A DNA stretch of 64,000 nucleotides, taken from IMG/VR virus record IMGVR_UViG_3300032309_002614, positions 25,836-89,835 of that record. One strand, written 5' to 3'. Position numbers and translations under genes: made by a program. The stretch is from a virus (Duplodnaviria; Caudoviricetes). The notes under the pieces were generated by a model, which made no database searches, was not told where the DNA came from, and was given only the letters and a program-made list of their open reading frames with translations. The first letter of the stretch is position 1. The number at the start of each line of letters is the position of its first letter. Positions 54,922 to 64,000 of this stretch are shown here, piece after piece.

Positions 54922-56344
54922 ATGGAAAAATTCGATAAATTTATTCACACTGATATACTTGGCAAAAAACATGAACTAACATACACTGGAACTCGACGCA
55001 TAGTTAAAGATTGTGAGTTTGAGTTTTTTGTAGATGATAAAGGAGATAGTTGTTTTTTTACTGATACAGAAGTGAGTAAAATGAAAAAGGTAGGATATAC
55101 CCACGATGAAAACTGCTTGTAAGAATGTGAAGCCCGTAAATTGTGTTTGTGGTTCAAATACAAAGGGAAATGGACGATTAATTGAATGCTCTTCAAGAAA
55201 TTGTCTGCGGTTTGTTTCACGGCCAACGAGAACTCAAGCCATCATCCGATGGAACGAAATGAACGACATAAGATTGCAAAAAGCTGTTGACTTCTCGGAA
55301 AAAGCTGGTAAAGTAAAAAAATAATATGAAAATGACAGACGAAAATAAATTAAAAATTGTAACCCTAAGCCACAACATTAAAGCCTTGTGCTATATACTT
55401 GACAAAAAAACATTCAGTGAACATTGTATCACTAGTGGCACTTTTACTGAAATTGATTCTTTGTTTGAATTGGTTAAGGAATTGAAAGAAATGAACAAAG
55501 AAGAATGAACGAACTCGAACTCTCTAATCTTTACCGCGAATCTTGCGGTGCTTATAACAAAGCCAAAGACGCACAAGACTTAATCATAATGATGAACGTA
55601 TTGCATCTTAGACTTGAGCATAATATGGCATATCATAAGATTGCAAAAAGGTGTGGTATTAAAGTGAATAAGGTGAAGTTGATTTTATTTAATTATCAGA
55701 ATGAAAAATGAAAGTTTATCTTGCTTTTTTACCGGGAGATGTTGTAGGAGGCGTTTTCAAAAACAAAAGAGACGCTTTTAAATACATTGAGACGACACTT
55801 TATAATACCAAAAAGCTAAATCACATCAAGAATTCTATTGGATTAGAATACACTAATAGTCAAATTAAACAATTAATTAATGGGTGTATTGATGAATTTG
55901 AGCTTCAATAATTAAAAAATATTATATGACTCCAGATCCTAATTTGTGGGCAGAAATCCCTCAAGAAGTCAAGGATGCAGCCCTGCTCCTTGGAAATTAT
56001 TTTAAAAAACAAGGTATTGACAACTGGGCCTTGTATGATGTATGTTCGCGCAAGTCAGTTGATAACCTCGAAAATCAAGTCAAAAATCTTGAAACGTGGA
56101 AAAATAAACAAGTAAATGGATTTATAGATTAAATAATATGAAATACAAATACGATAAGAAGAACCTAGCCGATGCCTTCAAGAATCTCGCTGAATGGGCA
56201 GAGAATCTTGATGCCAAGCGAGATAAAAAGGCCATAGATGATGTTTGGAATGAGTTGTTGGTATTAATGGGTGAGGTTCAAGAGAATAATGACGACATTT
56301 TTGGCACTGAAGGTTACGAGTCAACGATTATGGGAAAAGATTAA
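54922..56344 (+). other. Run of seven small coupled hypothetical ORFs (54922, 55106, 55326, 55505, 55708, 55926, 56138)
   Basis: Track ORFs of 60-72 aa tiling the + strand with short or overlapping junctions. Confidence 0.65.
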
Positions 56345-56346
56345 AT

Positions 56347-56613
56347 ATGAAATACAAAGTAACATACTACGATTACGATAGCGATAGCTATCTAACAAAA
56401 GAACTATATTGGATGGCATCTTATAGAGGGTCATTTGATTTTGTTCCTGTTGGTGATGGGCCAAAAGAGAACTGGAAAGGTTTTTCTATAAGTGGTTCTG
56501 GAGTCAATGTGTTTTATAACGACAAAGGCATGAATATTACTGTGGATGGTTTTCAAGAAATGAAGAGCGGCGGCTATGGTAAAACTACGACTTTTATTCA
56601 GAGCGTGAATTAA
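56347..56613 (+). CDS. Hypothetical protein, paralog of 63017-63286
   Basis: MKYKVTYYDYD...TKE. Confidence 0.75.
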   Translation: MKYKVTYYDYDSDSYLTKELYWMASYRGSFDFVPVGDGPKENWKGFSISGSGVNVFYNDKGMNITVDGFQEMKSGGYGKTTTFIQSVN

Positions 56614-56646
56614 CTGAATAATGATATAAATAAAATATAAAAAATT

Positions 56647-56895
56647 ATGGGATCACATTACGACGAACATTACGAAGAACGAGCCAGAGAAGATAGTGCT
56701 TATTATTATAAACAAATAGAAGAAGAAGTTTCTAAAATTAGAAATGAAATTACTAAGCGATTCCCAAGTGCATACGATTTTAAAGGATATAAGGTTAATT
56801 TAGTAACAGCGTTGGCTGCTTGTCGTGTTAATAAATCCAATGAAGTTGCAATTGTCAATCTGTTGAATGAAATCGTAAAAGAATTACATAAATGA
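56647..56895 (+). CDS. Hypothetical protein
   Basis: 82-aa ORF. Confidence 0.7.
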   Translation: MGSHYDEHYEERAREDSAYYYKQIEEEVSKIRNEITKRFPSAYDFKGYKVNLVTALAACRVNKSNEVAIVNLLNEIVKELHK

Positions 56896-57284
56896 AATAT
56901 ACTCCAGAAAATATTACTCATTTAAAACCAACTCAAATCTTTGTTTACGGAGCAAACGCCGCAGGAATCCACGGTGCAGGAGCCGCAAAATTAGCCTTGC
57001 GTTGGGGCGCAAAGATGGGAGAATACGGCCTGAACGGTCAGACCTACGGCATCCCCACAAAAGACAAGAAAATTCAAACCTTGCCCCTTGACAAGATCCA
57101 AGTTCATGTTAATGATTTCCTTGCGACGGCGTTCTCTCACCCTGAATATGAATTTTTAGTAACCGCAGTGGGGACAGGATTGGCGGGGTATCATGCGAAA
57201 GACATTGCCCCATTATTTAAGATAATTAAAACAGGAGTATTTGAAAACGTAATCTTACCAGAAGACTTTCACAAGTATATTTGA
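56892..57284 (+). CDS. Macrodomain-like phage protein (A1S_2505-like)
   Basis: TPENI, IFVYGAN..GIHGAGAA, YGIPT, VTAVGTGLAG. Confidence 0.65.
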   Translation: MKYTPENITHLKPTQIFVYGANAAGIHGAGAAKLALRWGAKMGEYGLNGQTYGIPTKDKKIQTLPLDKIQVHVNDFLATAFSHPEYEFLVTAVGTGLAGYHAKDIAPLFKIIKTGVFENVILPEDFHKYI

Positions 57285-57285
57285 T

Positions 57286-57691
57286 ATGAAAGATTTTGAT
57301 TTTTTATTAGGTCTCGGTTGCGGAGTTGGCGGTCTGGCTCTACTTTTAACCATATTCAATTGTAATCCCAGACAAATAGAAGAAAAGATGCAAAAAGAAG
57401 CAATCTCTCATGGTGCAGCGCATTATGAAGTAGATACTAATGGTGTTGTGACTTTCAAATGGAATAAATAATATGAATGATGCTATTTTTTTTGAACTTA
57501 GAGGCAAGACTATTACTTCAATTGATGGTATTAGCTCTTTTGATGGTGCAATTACTATCTCTACCAGTGACGGTTCTATTTTCTCTTTAGATTTAGAATT
57601 ATTACCAACAAGGGAAGTTTTGAAATTTAATAGCTGGATGAATCAAATGAATATTAAAGCGAATCCGTTTTCTGTATTTAAGAATAAATAA
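57286..57691 (+). other. Two small hypothetical ORFs (57286-57471 with N-terminal TM; 57473-57691)
   Basis: Track ORFs tiling the + strand. Confidence 0.6.
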
Positions 57692-57694
57692 TAT

Positions 57695-57982
57695 ATGAGT
57701 ACACAAATAAATATCATTGGCTATCATCGACAGGACGAAGTAAAAAAAATTCCTATTGAATTCAAATACGTTTTGAATCAAGTTAAACCGGATCATCCTG
57801 AGATATTGCGCCCCGCAAGGACAGAGTTTGGCATTAACTCTCCGAAAGAGTATAATTTTATTGATCTGATTTGTAAAAATTATTTTTCTGGTTATGATTT
57901 AATGTTCGCGTACAATTACGCGGATAATCGGAGTGCAGGACTGTTATGTATTGGTCACTTTAACGATGGTGTAGTGGAATAA
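57695..57982 (+). CDS. Hypothetical protein, tandem paralog 1
   Basis: IDLICKNY..GYDLMFAYN...GLLCIGHFNDGVV. Confidence 0.75.
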   Translation: MSTQINIIGYHRQDEVKKIPIEFKYVLNQVKPDHPEILRPARTEFGINSPKEYNFIDLICKNYFSGYDLMFAYNYADNRSAGLLCIGHFNDGVVE

Positions 57983-57985
57983 TAT

Positions 57986-58255
57986 ATGAATACACAAGTT
58001 ACAATTATCAGCAAACAGCAGAGCGAAAAAACAAAAACTGCTATTAAATTTAGGTGTTTTTTGAATACTAACCTTAATATTGATGGTGGTGCATATAGTC
58101 CTTCTCATTATAAATATATTGAGTTGATCTGCAAAGATTATGCGCTTGGATGCGATCTCATGTTCGCTTACAATGATCCCAATTGTCGTTCTTTTGGTGT
58201 TTTGTATATTGGTCACTTTAATGATGGTGTTGTTAATGATGGCGAAGTAGAGTAA
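57986..58255 (+). CDS. Hypothetical protein, tandem paralog 2
   Basis: IELICKDY..GCDLMFAYN...GVLYIGHFNDGVV. Confidence 0.75.
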   Translation: MNTQVTIISKQQSEKTKTAIKFRCFLNTNLNIDGGAYSPSHYKYIELICKDYALGCDLMFAYNDPNCRSFGVLYIGHFNDGVVNDGEVE

Positions 58256-58263
58256 ATAATTGT

Positions 58264-59112
58264 ATGAATAAATTGCGTAAAGCCCGATACCGTAATATCT
58301 TAAAGAATGCGGCGAAAATTAATCGCCTTATCAAGAAAGGTTATCTTGTGTTTGATCATTACGATTATAAATCAGACGGATTTAAATTTAATAATGGAAT
58401 TCTTTATCAAGGCGGTGATCAATGCAAAATCGTGTGGGTAGGAAAAGATGGCAGCGGTTGGGATTCTGCTCTTGACATTCCCATCAAAAAGTATAATGCT
58501 GATCGCTTCGATAAGTGGACAGCAGTTCATCCTAAAGATATTAAAAAAATATGAGATACAGACATACAGAAGACATAGTTTGGGGCGCAATATTTGTTGC
58601 GATTATTGGTTTAGTTATTTATTCTTGGATCTTTATTGGAACTAAGAATAATACCATAAAAGTAATAGATAACTGCCAATATATTCAGCAATATAACGGT
58701 CATGGCTGGAATTTAACCCATAAAGGCAACTGCACCAATGCAGTGCATTATAAGAAATAAAAACATGGGATATCTTACTACAATTACTATTCATAATGAT
58801 GCTTTGGGTACATTTGAAAAGCATCCTAAAGAATTCGCCGAAGCTTTGTTTGACGGCATCAACAAAGCATATATAAATCGTGGCGTTACTTCTGTTTCGT
58901 TTCATGGTTATGCAAACTACATAGAAGTTCAGCCATCTCGTCATGCTGATGATTTTACAGTTTATGTTCATATAGGAAATCAAGTTAAGAATTTGAATAA
59001 CTATGATGATAGTTTTAAGAAGTTTGTGAAATCTAATCCTGAACTAGCAGAATCTTATATAGATCAAGCGATTAATCATCTTAAGCGATTAAAGAAAGAC
59101 ATAAAGATATGA
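58264..59112 (+). other. Three small hypothetical ORFs (58264-58554; 58551-58760 with TM; 58765-59112)
   Basis: Track ORFs with coupled junctions. Confidence 0.65.
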
Positions 59113-59480
59113 GTCGCGAATATAAATTCAGAATCTATTCTTTTGTTTCTAAGTATTTTATTTACTTTGATGTGTACGAAGGAGTGCCTCAAGGAATTGC
59201 TGGCGGCGTAAGTGAGCCGCAACAATATACAGGATTGAAAGACAAAGACGGCAAAGAAATTTATTGCGGCGACATAGTTGAACTACATACTGCAAAAAAT
59301 GATAGCGTCAAAGGCATTAAAGATAATCATTGTGGATTGTATGAAATATATTGGGACCGTTGCTATAAATTAAAAACTATAAAACCCAATTGGTTCTTTA
59401 TACCAAACTTTGAAAGTCCAGCGGCTGATTATAATATTATGAAAGTTGTCAGTAATGTATTCGAACATAAAGAAGTATGA
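59109..59480 (+). CDS. YopX family protein
   Basis: REYKFR, QQYTGLKDKDGKEIY.GDIV, V.SNVFE. Confidence 0.85.
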   Translation: MSREYKFRIYSFVSKYFIYFDVYEGVPQGIAGGVSEPQQYTGLKDKDGKEIYCGDIVELHTAKNDSVKGIKDNHCGLYEIYWDRCYKLKTIKPNWFFIPNFESPAADYNIMKVVSNVFEHKEV

Positions 59481-59887
59481 GAGAATTAAAATTTAGAGTC
59501 TGGAGTATTGAAGAGAAACAATTTATTTCTCCAAATATTTTAGAAGTTTGGGATGAGTCAGGCGATTTGACTCCATTTAAATACATTAAAACCGGAAAGT
59601 TAAATCCATTGTATATGCCGGTTGAAAATTATATCATTCAACAAAATACAGGCTTAACCGATAAGAATAAAAAAGAAATCTATGAGGGAGATATTCTTGA
59701 CTTTACTGCCAGATACAAGCAAACTGGGCCAGTTGAAGTAATTTATTATGGCGCATCTTTTGGGTGCGTTGTTACTGATGATGGTGGCTTAAAAGAGTTT
59801 TGGAATTTAAGTCATATTGTTCAGCAACATTATCCTGAAATAATTGGCAATATTTTTGAACATAGTGAACTATTAAAAACAATATGA
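59477..59887 (+). CDS. YopX family protein
   Basis: RELKFRVW, QNTGLTDKNKKEIYEGDIL, EIIGNIFE. Confidence 0.88.
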   Translation: MRELKFRVWSIEEKQFISPNILEVWDESGDLTPFKYIKTGKLNPLYMPVENYIIQQNTGLTDKNKKEIYEGDILDFTARYKQTGPVEVIYYGASFGCVVTDDGGLKEFWNLSHIVQQHYPEIIGNIFEHSELLKTI

Positions 59888-60309
59888 GAGAACTAAAATA
59901 CCGAGTATATATACCAGAGTTTAGTAAATTTGTATATTTTGGGCTTAATGACTTTGATTATTCTGATAGATATTTAACTAATGACGAATATCCAATCCAG
60001 CAATACACTGGAATGAAAGATAAATACGGCAAATTAATTTACGAAGGCGACGTTATTCGTGGCATATTTGATTTTGGCCCCGCTGGCTTTAAAGAAGAAA
60101 TACTGCCTGTAGATTGGAATAATGAAAGAGGTTATCAATGGGATTATTGGAGGTTGATGACTATCGAAGTTCTTGGCAACTTGAATGAGTGGCCTTGTCG
60201 TAAACCTAAAGCTTTTGATCACAATGGTGAGTGTTTAACTTGTGACGCATGGGCCACAGATTGCCCATTTCTTAAATTTTGCCCTTCTCCTAAATTAATT
60301 TTAAAATGA
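59884..60309 (+). CDS. YopX family protein with Cys-rich tail
   Basis: RELKYR, QYTGMKDKYGKLIYEGDVI, EVLGN. Confidence 0.85.
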   Translation: MRELKYRVYIPEFSKFVYFGLNDFDYSDRYLTNDEYPIQQYTGMKDKYGKLIYEGDVIRGIFDFGPAGFKEEILPVDWNNERGYQWDYWRLMTIEVLGNLNEWPCRKPKAFDHNGECLTCDAWATDCPFLKFCPSPKLILK

Positions 60310-60542
60310 AAATAAACATAATAAACGACCAAAAGAATTTTAGATTTTTATATATTGAACTCTACTTTCCAATCATAGGCAGAATCAATAAATTCAATGA
60401 ATGGACTGATGAATACTATTCAGGATTTAAAATGAGTTTCCCGACAGAAATTTATTATTTAAATGACCGAGAAGGTTTTTGGCATTTTTCCTTGACTTTC
60501 TTGGGTTTCGGGGCGAAGATTGTGAATCAAAATGGATATTGA
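60306..60542 (+). CDS. Hypothetical protein
   Basis: 78-aa coupled ORF. Confidence 0.6.
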   Translation: MKINIINDQKNFRFLYIELYFPIIGRINKFNEWTDEYYSGFKMSFPTEIYYLNDREGFWHFSLTFLGFGAKIVNQNGY

Positions 60543-61943
60543 CTCGACAAAAGCTCCAAGAACATACGCAACTTGGAAAAAAGCTTATGATGCTCAAGAG
60601 CTTGCGAAACTCATGGTCGAGCTTTCTGTGCAACTTGAAGTTGAATTAAATGTTGCGACAGTAAACGAAGCTATTGCAGAAAATAAAGCATATAAGCTTG
60701 AAGAAGAATTAGAAAAAGCGCAAGATCGTATTAATCGGTTGGAGGAGGCGGGTGATTTACTCACTCGCATGGTTTGTAGACAAGATGGATACGGAAGCTA
60801 TCAAGACGAAGAAGATGCAGTTAATTCATGGCGCAAAGCCAAGGAGGCAAAGCCGTGAGCATTATCAAGATAAGCCAGTTTATCAAAGAACCGTGGCGGG
60901 AAGTCGGCTTGGACTCAATGAAACGAGGACTCGAAATCTGCAAGCGCAACCAGATTGAGAAACCGGAAGCCAACATGGTAATGATTATTGGATTGTGCGA
61001 CATCATCAACGAATTGAAAGCCAACGAATTGAAAGCCAAGGAGGTCAAGCCGTGAAAAAAGCACCAGACAAATGCCCGTTCTGCAAGTCGCCTATCATGG
61101 TTCATGTAGGAAACCTGCTGGTGTCAGAGAATGGCGGATTTGCTACCTACGAATGCAAGACAATGCAAGATGTTAGGTTGACTAATCATTGGAAAAGGGT
61201 TAATCAATCTGATGGCTGTCATAGGCGTGAGATTGAACTACTGATGAAGCAGCGTGATGCAGCGAATAAATGCATCAAGCGACTAGAAAAAGCTGGCGAC
61301 AAAATGCACAATTGGTTAGTGTCTAAAAATCGTATTGGTTGTGATATGGAAATAGCTAGTGAATGGACAAGGGCTAAGAAAAACAAACCATGAACAAAAA
61401 ACTTATCAAAAAACTCTTAGAATACATCGACGCTAGAATTGCTGAGAAATCATGCGATGCAAGAAATTCATCTGATGGAGGACTTCTTGAGGCGACGAAT
61501 ACATGGCGCATTAAAGATGAATTGTATGAAATTATACAATCTATGGAGGATAAACCATGAGCGATATCAATACAAACACACGATTGTTTGATCTTGTACG
61601 GTTTTGCCGTGCAGGACTTCACGAAGAAGGGCTAATTGATGACAAGGAGTATGCATGGCTTTGCGCTGAAGCATCAATGAATAAATCACCATCAGGCGGA
61701 AGCGCATCAGCGCGTAGATTAGAGGATTACGACGAATTAAAAGATCGCATCAAGCAATTAGAGCAAGCATTAGAATCAATAACAAAACAAGTACCCGCTC
61801 ATGATGGCGGCGGATTCTTCTGTCTACGATTTGATGGAGAAGGAAATGAAATTGGTGTTGAGTATATTGATCCGATGACGATTGTGTCAAAAATATATAG
61901 TATTGCTATTGAAGCAATTGAAACCAAGGAGGCTAAACCGTGA
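60532..61943 (+). other. Five coupled cassette-like ORFs (60532-60858, 60855-61055, 61052-61393, 61390-61560, 61557-61943) ending in related KEAKP-type tails
   Basis: Shared junction CCAAGGAGGNNAARCCGTGA / AAACCATGA with stop-start overlap. Confidence 0.75.
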
Positions 61944-62086
61944 AATCAAAAATTATTATTGGATTTTTATTAATGCTGTCGGCAGGGCTTCTTTGGGACT
62001 TGACAAAGCTTCATGTTACAGCTTATATTATTGGAAGTATTGGGTTTATGTTTTTGACTTTTGGTTTTACTTCAATCGGAGATTAA
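61940..62086 (+). CDS. Small 2-TM membrane protein (48 aa, not in track)
   Basis: GTG start overlapping the previous stop; MKSKIIIGFLLMLSAGLL... Confidence 0.6.
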   Translation: MKSKIIIGFLLMLSAGLLWDLTKLHVTAYIIGSIGFMFLTFGFTSIGD

Positions 62087-62089
62087 GTT

Positions 62090-62698
62090 ATGAGCAAAAA
62101 AACTTCTAAAAAAGAAAAAGACAATATAAATGTCGTCAACCTAACAGATACTCATTTATCTGTTATTAATGCTGCGCTTGAGACTTATTATAGATTAAAG
62201 TCTGGGCAGATTGATATGGCACTTGACATTGCTTATAATTACAAAATAAAGCATGAACAGTCATCAGCCATTTCTACAATAATTAGATCTTTTGCGTTAC
62301 CTGAACTATCAGTTCGCGGCTCAAGTTATCGTTACAATGCGTTAGAAATTGGCGATGCTAAAATCGCTTACGAAATTAGAAAAACTTTTGAAGAAGTTCT
62401 TGCGGTGAAGAGAAACGGCGGCTATTATGGCAACACCGTTGATTTTCATGGTCCGCTGAAAACAAGCGATGAACCATTGCCAGAGGTTGTTAATTTTGTC
62501 AATTACATAGACCATAAATTCACCGACAAACAATCAGATATCATAAATGATCTTTATCATTTGAAAGATTTTGAAAAGATGTGGCAATATGCAGATTCTA
62601 TTACTTCTAAATTGCCCCGAGGGGACAAGCGGGAAATTATTCCTAGCTTTGCTGGCGTGACTATGAGGATACACAAACCAAAAAAACCCGGTAATTAA
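62090..62698 (+). CDS. Hypothetical protein
   Basis: 202-aa ORF; ALETYYRLKSGQ. Confidence 0.75.
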   Translation: MSKKTSKKEKDNINVVNLTDTHLSVINAALETYYRLKSGQIDMALDIAYNYKIKHEQSSAISTIIRSFALPELSVRGSSYRYNALEIGDAKIAYEIRKTFEEVLAVKRNGGYYGNTVDFHGPLKTSDEPLPEVVNFVNYIDHKFTDKQSDIINDLYHLKDFEKMWQYADSITSKLPRGDKREIIPSFAGVTMRIHKPKKPGN

Positions 62699-62709
62699 AA
62701 AGAAGTGAT

Positions 62710-63015
62710 ATGAACGACATAGATATTAAATTTCATAAAGAAATCAAACAAAAACTTACGAATCAAAGTTTGCGAGTTCTTTTCAATTCAAGATCTGTAT
62801 ATTTGGAAGGGGCATTCAATATGGATGAACTGAAATATATCATAGAAAAATCTGAAAAATATCTGAAATATTTAGAAGACGAATCTAAAGCCGAAAACAA
62901 ATCCGAAAAAAAGTGCCACAGTTGTGATGGAAAAAAATATTATGTCAGCTATGATGGATATTATGATCCGTGTCATATATGTAACCCCAAAGACAAATTG
63001 AACATACTTAAATAA
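62710..63015 (+). CDS. Hypothetical protein with C-terminal Zn ribbon
   Basis: CHSCDG...PCHIC. Confidence 0.7.
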   Translation: MNDIDIKFHKEIKQKLTNQSLRVLFNSRSVYLEGAFNMDELKYIIEKSEKYLKYLEDESKAENKSEKKCHSCDGKKYYVSYDGYYDPCHICNPKDKLNILK

Positions 63016-63016
63016 T

Positions 63017-63286
63017 ATGAAATTCAAAGTATCATATTACGATTTTGACACTGATAAATATGTAACAAAAGAGTGTTATCGTATGAGTTTTTACGACGGG
63101 GTATTTGATTTTATGCCCGTAGATGATCCAATTAAAATTTATAAAAGTATAATCATAGATCATCCTATATTTTCTGTGAGCCAGAATAATACAGGATTTA
63201 TATCAATTTCTGTAGTAGGTTATCAAGATACAAAAAATGGTTTCTATGAAAAAACTACAACTAAGATAGAAAATGTGAGAGATTAA
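63017..63286 (+). CDS. Hypothetical protein, paralog of 56347-56613
   Basis: MKFKVSYYDFD...TKE. Confidence 0.75.
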   Translation: MKFKVSYYDFDTDKYVTKECYRMSFYDGVFDFMPVDDPIKIYKSIIIDHPIFSVSQNNTGFISISVVGYQDTKNGFYEKTTTKIENVRD

Positions 63287-63429
63287 TATGAAATTAAATA
63301 TAAGAAACATCATTTTATCTATATGCTGGGGCGTTATGTCTTCAGTTATGGGATATAGTGTAAAAACAGCGCAAGGAGCAATTGTTTTTGGTTTGGGCAT
63401 GGTTATTATTTTAATTTTGGCTGATAGAA

Positions 63430-63783
63430 ATGACTAACGAAGAAATTAATATTGAAATTGCTGAATATTGTGGCTGGAAGTATGAATTTAATGGTAATGA
63501 CGAAGATCCTGAATGGTATTGGATTCCGCCAAATAATCCAGATGGAAACGGGATTCCGCCAGATTATTGTAATGACTTGAATGAGATGCATGAATTAGAA
63601 AATACATTGTACAAAGGGTTTATTGACAAAGATTACTGGCAAAAAGGGTATGGACGATTTCAAAATTTGCTAGGGGAATTAAGCACAAATCCATATTCCG
63701 CCAATGCCCGACAACGTGCAGAAGCGTTTCTTAGAACTATTGGTAAATGGAAACTTAGAACTATTGGTAAATGGAAAGATTGA
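63430..63783 (+). CDS. Phage hypothetical protein (EIN..IAE..GW...PDYCNDLN.MHE...A.AR.RAEAFL)
   Basis: 117-aa ORF containing a 24-bp tandem duplication at its 3' end. Confidence 0.75.
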   Translation: MTNEEINIEIAEYCGWKYEFNGNDEDPEWYWIPPNNPDGNGIPPDYCNDLNEMHELENTLYKGFIDKDYWQKGYGRFQNLLGELSTNPYSANARQRAEAFLRTIGKWKLRTIGKWKD

Positions 63784-63784
63784 T

Positions 63785-64000
63785 ATGACTGCTGATGATT
63801 TTGAATTTAATCCTGAAACATATAAGGAAGATATAATTAAATTATACAAGCCGTGGGATTATAAGGAAATTCCAGTGTGTGTAAAAATGCGTGATATTAC
63901 CCAACCTAATAGTTGGTTTGGTGTGGTTGACGTAATTTTACCGGGAGCATCTCCAAACTATAATAAACCAATACATTGCACTTTATTGGGGTGGTGTACA
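63785..64000 (+). CDS. Hypothetical protein, truncated by the window edge
   Basis: ATG 63785, open to the end of the window. Confidence 0.6.
   Translation, partial: MTADDFEFNPETYKEDIIKLYKPWDYKEIPVCVKMRDITQPNSWFGVVDVILPGASPNYNKPIHCTLLGWCT

Noticed and set aside
61882-62109. Track ORF of 75 aa
   Set aside because: Out of frame with the coupled GTG at 61940, which opens a clean 48-aa membrane protein.
942-63591. Most short antisense or nested ORFs in the track (e.g. 942-1124, 2688-2948, 14064-14360, 16701-17036, 27382-27822, 34466-34864, 58642-58983)
   Set aside because: They overlap well-supported genes in other frames and show no motifs; shadow ORFs.
63730-63777. 24-bp exact tandem duplication CTTAGAACTATTGGTAAATGGAAA
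   Set aside because: Real, but just an in-frame two-copy duplication at a gene end (or an assembly slip); no functional signal.
1-64000. Alternative genetic code (stop-codon reassignment)
   Set aside because: Long conserved genes are intact in the standard code, TAA/TGA/TAG all end genes at sensible points, and no suppressor tRNA was seen.
1-64000. CRISPR array or rRNA genes
   Set aside because: No regularly spaced identical repeats and no rRNA-like sequence; the 48109-48333 units vary in stem sequence and have no spacers.

Overview
AT-rich, gene-dense segment of a large lytic dsDNA phage (jumbo-phage-like) in standard genetic code, almost all on the + strand. From left to right: (1) a replication/recombination block (RecA/UvsX, DnaB-like helicase, primase, RecB-like nuclease) with a DNA polymerase III alpha broken over separate PHP, proofreading-exonuclease, DnaE-N and DnaE-C genes, where DnaE-N/-C carry the two halves of a naturally split intein separated by a free-standing endonuclease gene; (2) a ClpC-like ATPase, a tubulin/FtsZ-family protein, a Whirly-like ssDNA-binding protein, glycosyltransferases and dUTPase; (3) virion/envelope genes including an outer-membrane beta-barrel; (4) dCMP deaminase, UvsE, rIIA/rIIB, a C5 methyltransferase, ThyX, RuvB and many homing endonucleases (HNH, GIY-YIG, LAGLIDADG, Vsr/EDxHD-like); (5) 11 tRNA genes, 8 of them in a stable-RNA cluster (47.3-50.6 kb) that also holds a group I intron in tRNA(CAU), rrn-like promoter+boxA units, three tandem three-way-junction RNAs and a ~330-nt unassigned structured RNA; (6) a long array of small accessory ORFs, including a cassette-like run sharing a junction sequence. 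Two promoter-like classes are visible: TTGACA-N16/17-TAnnnT, and a GTGTAW motif 8-10 nt before start codons. Shine-Dalgarno sequences are largely absent. All protein family calls come from motif recognition by eye; no database searches were run.
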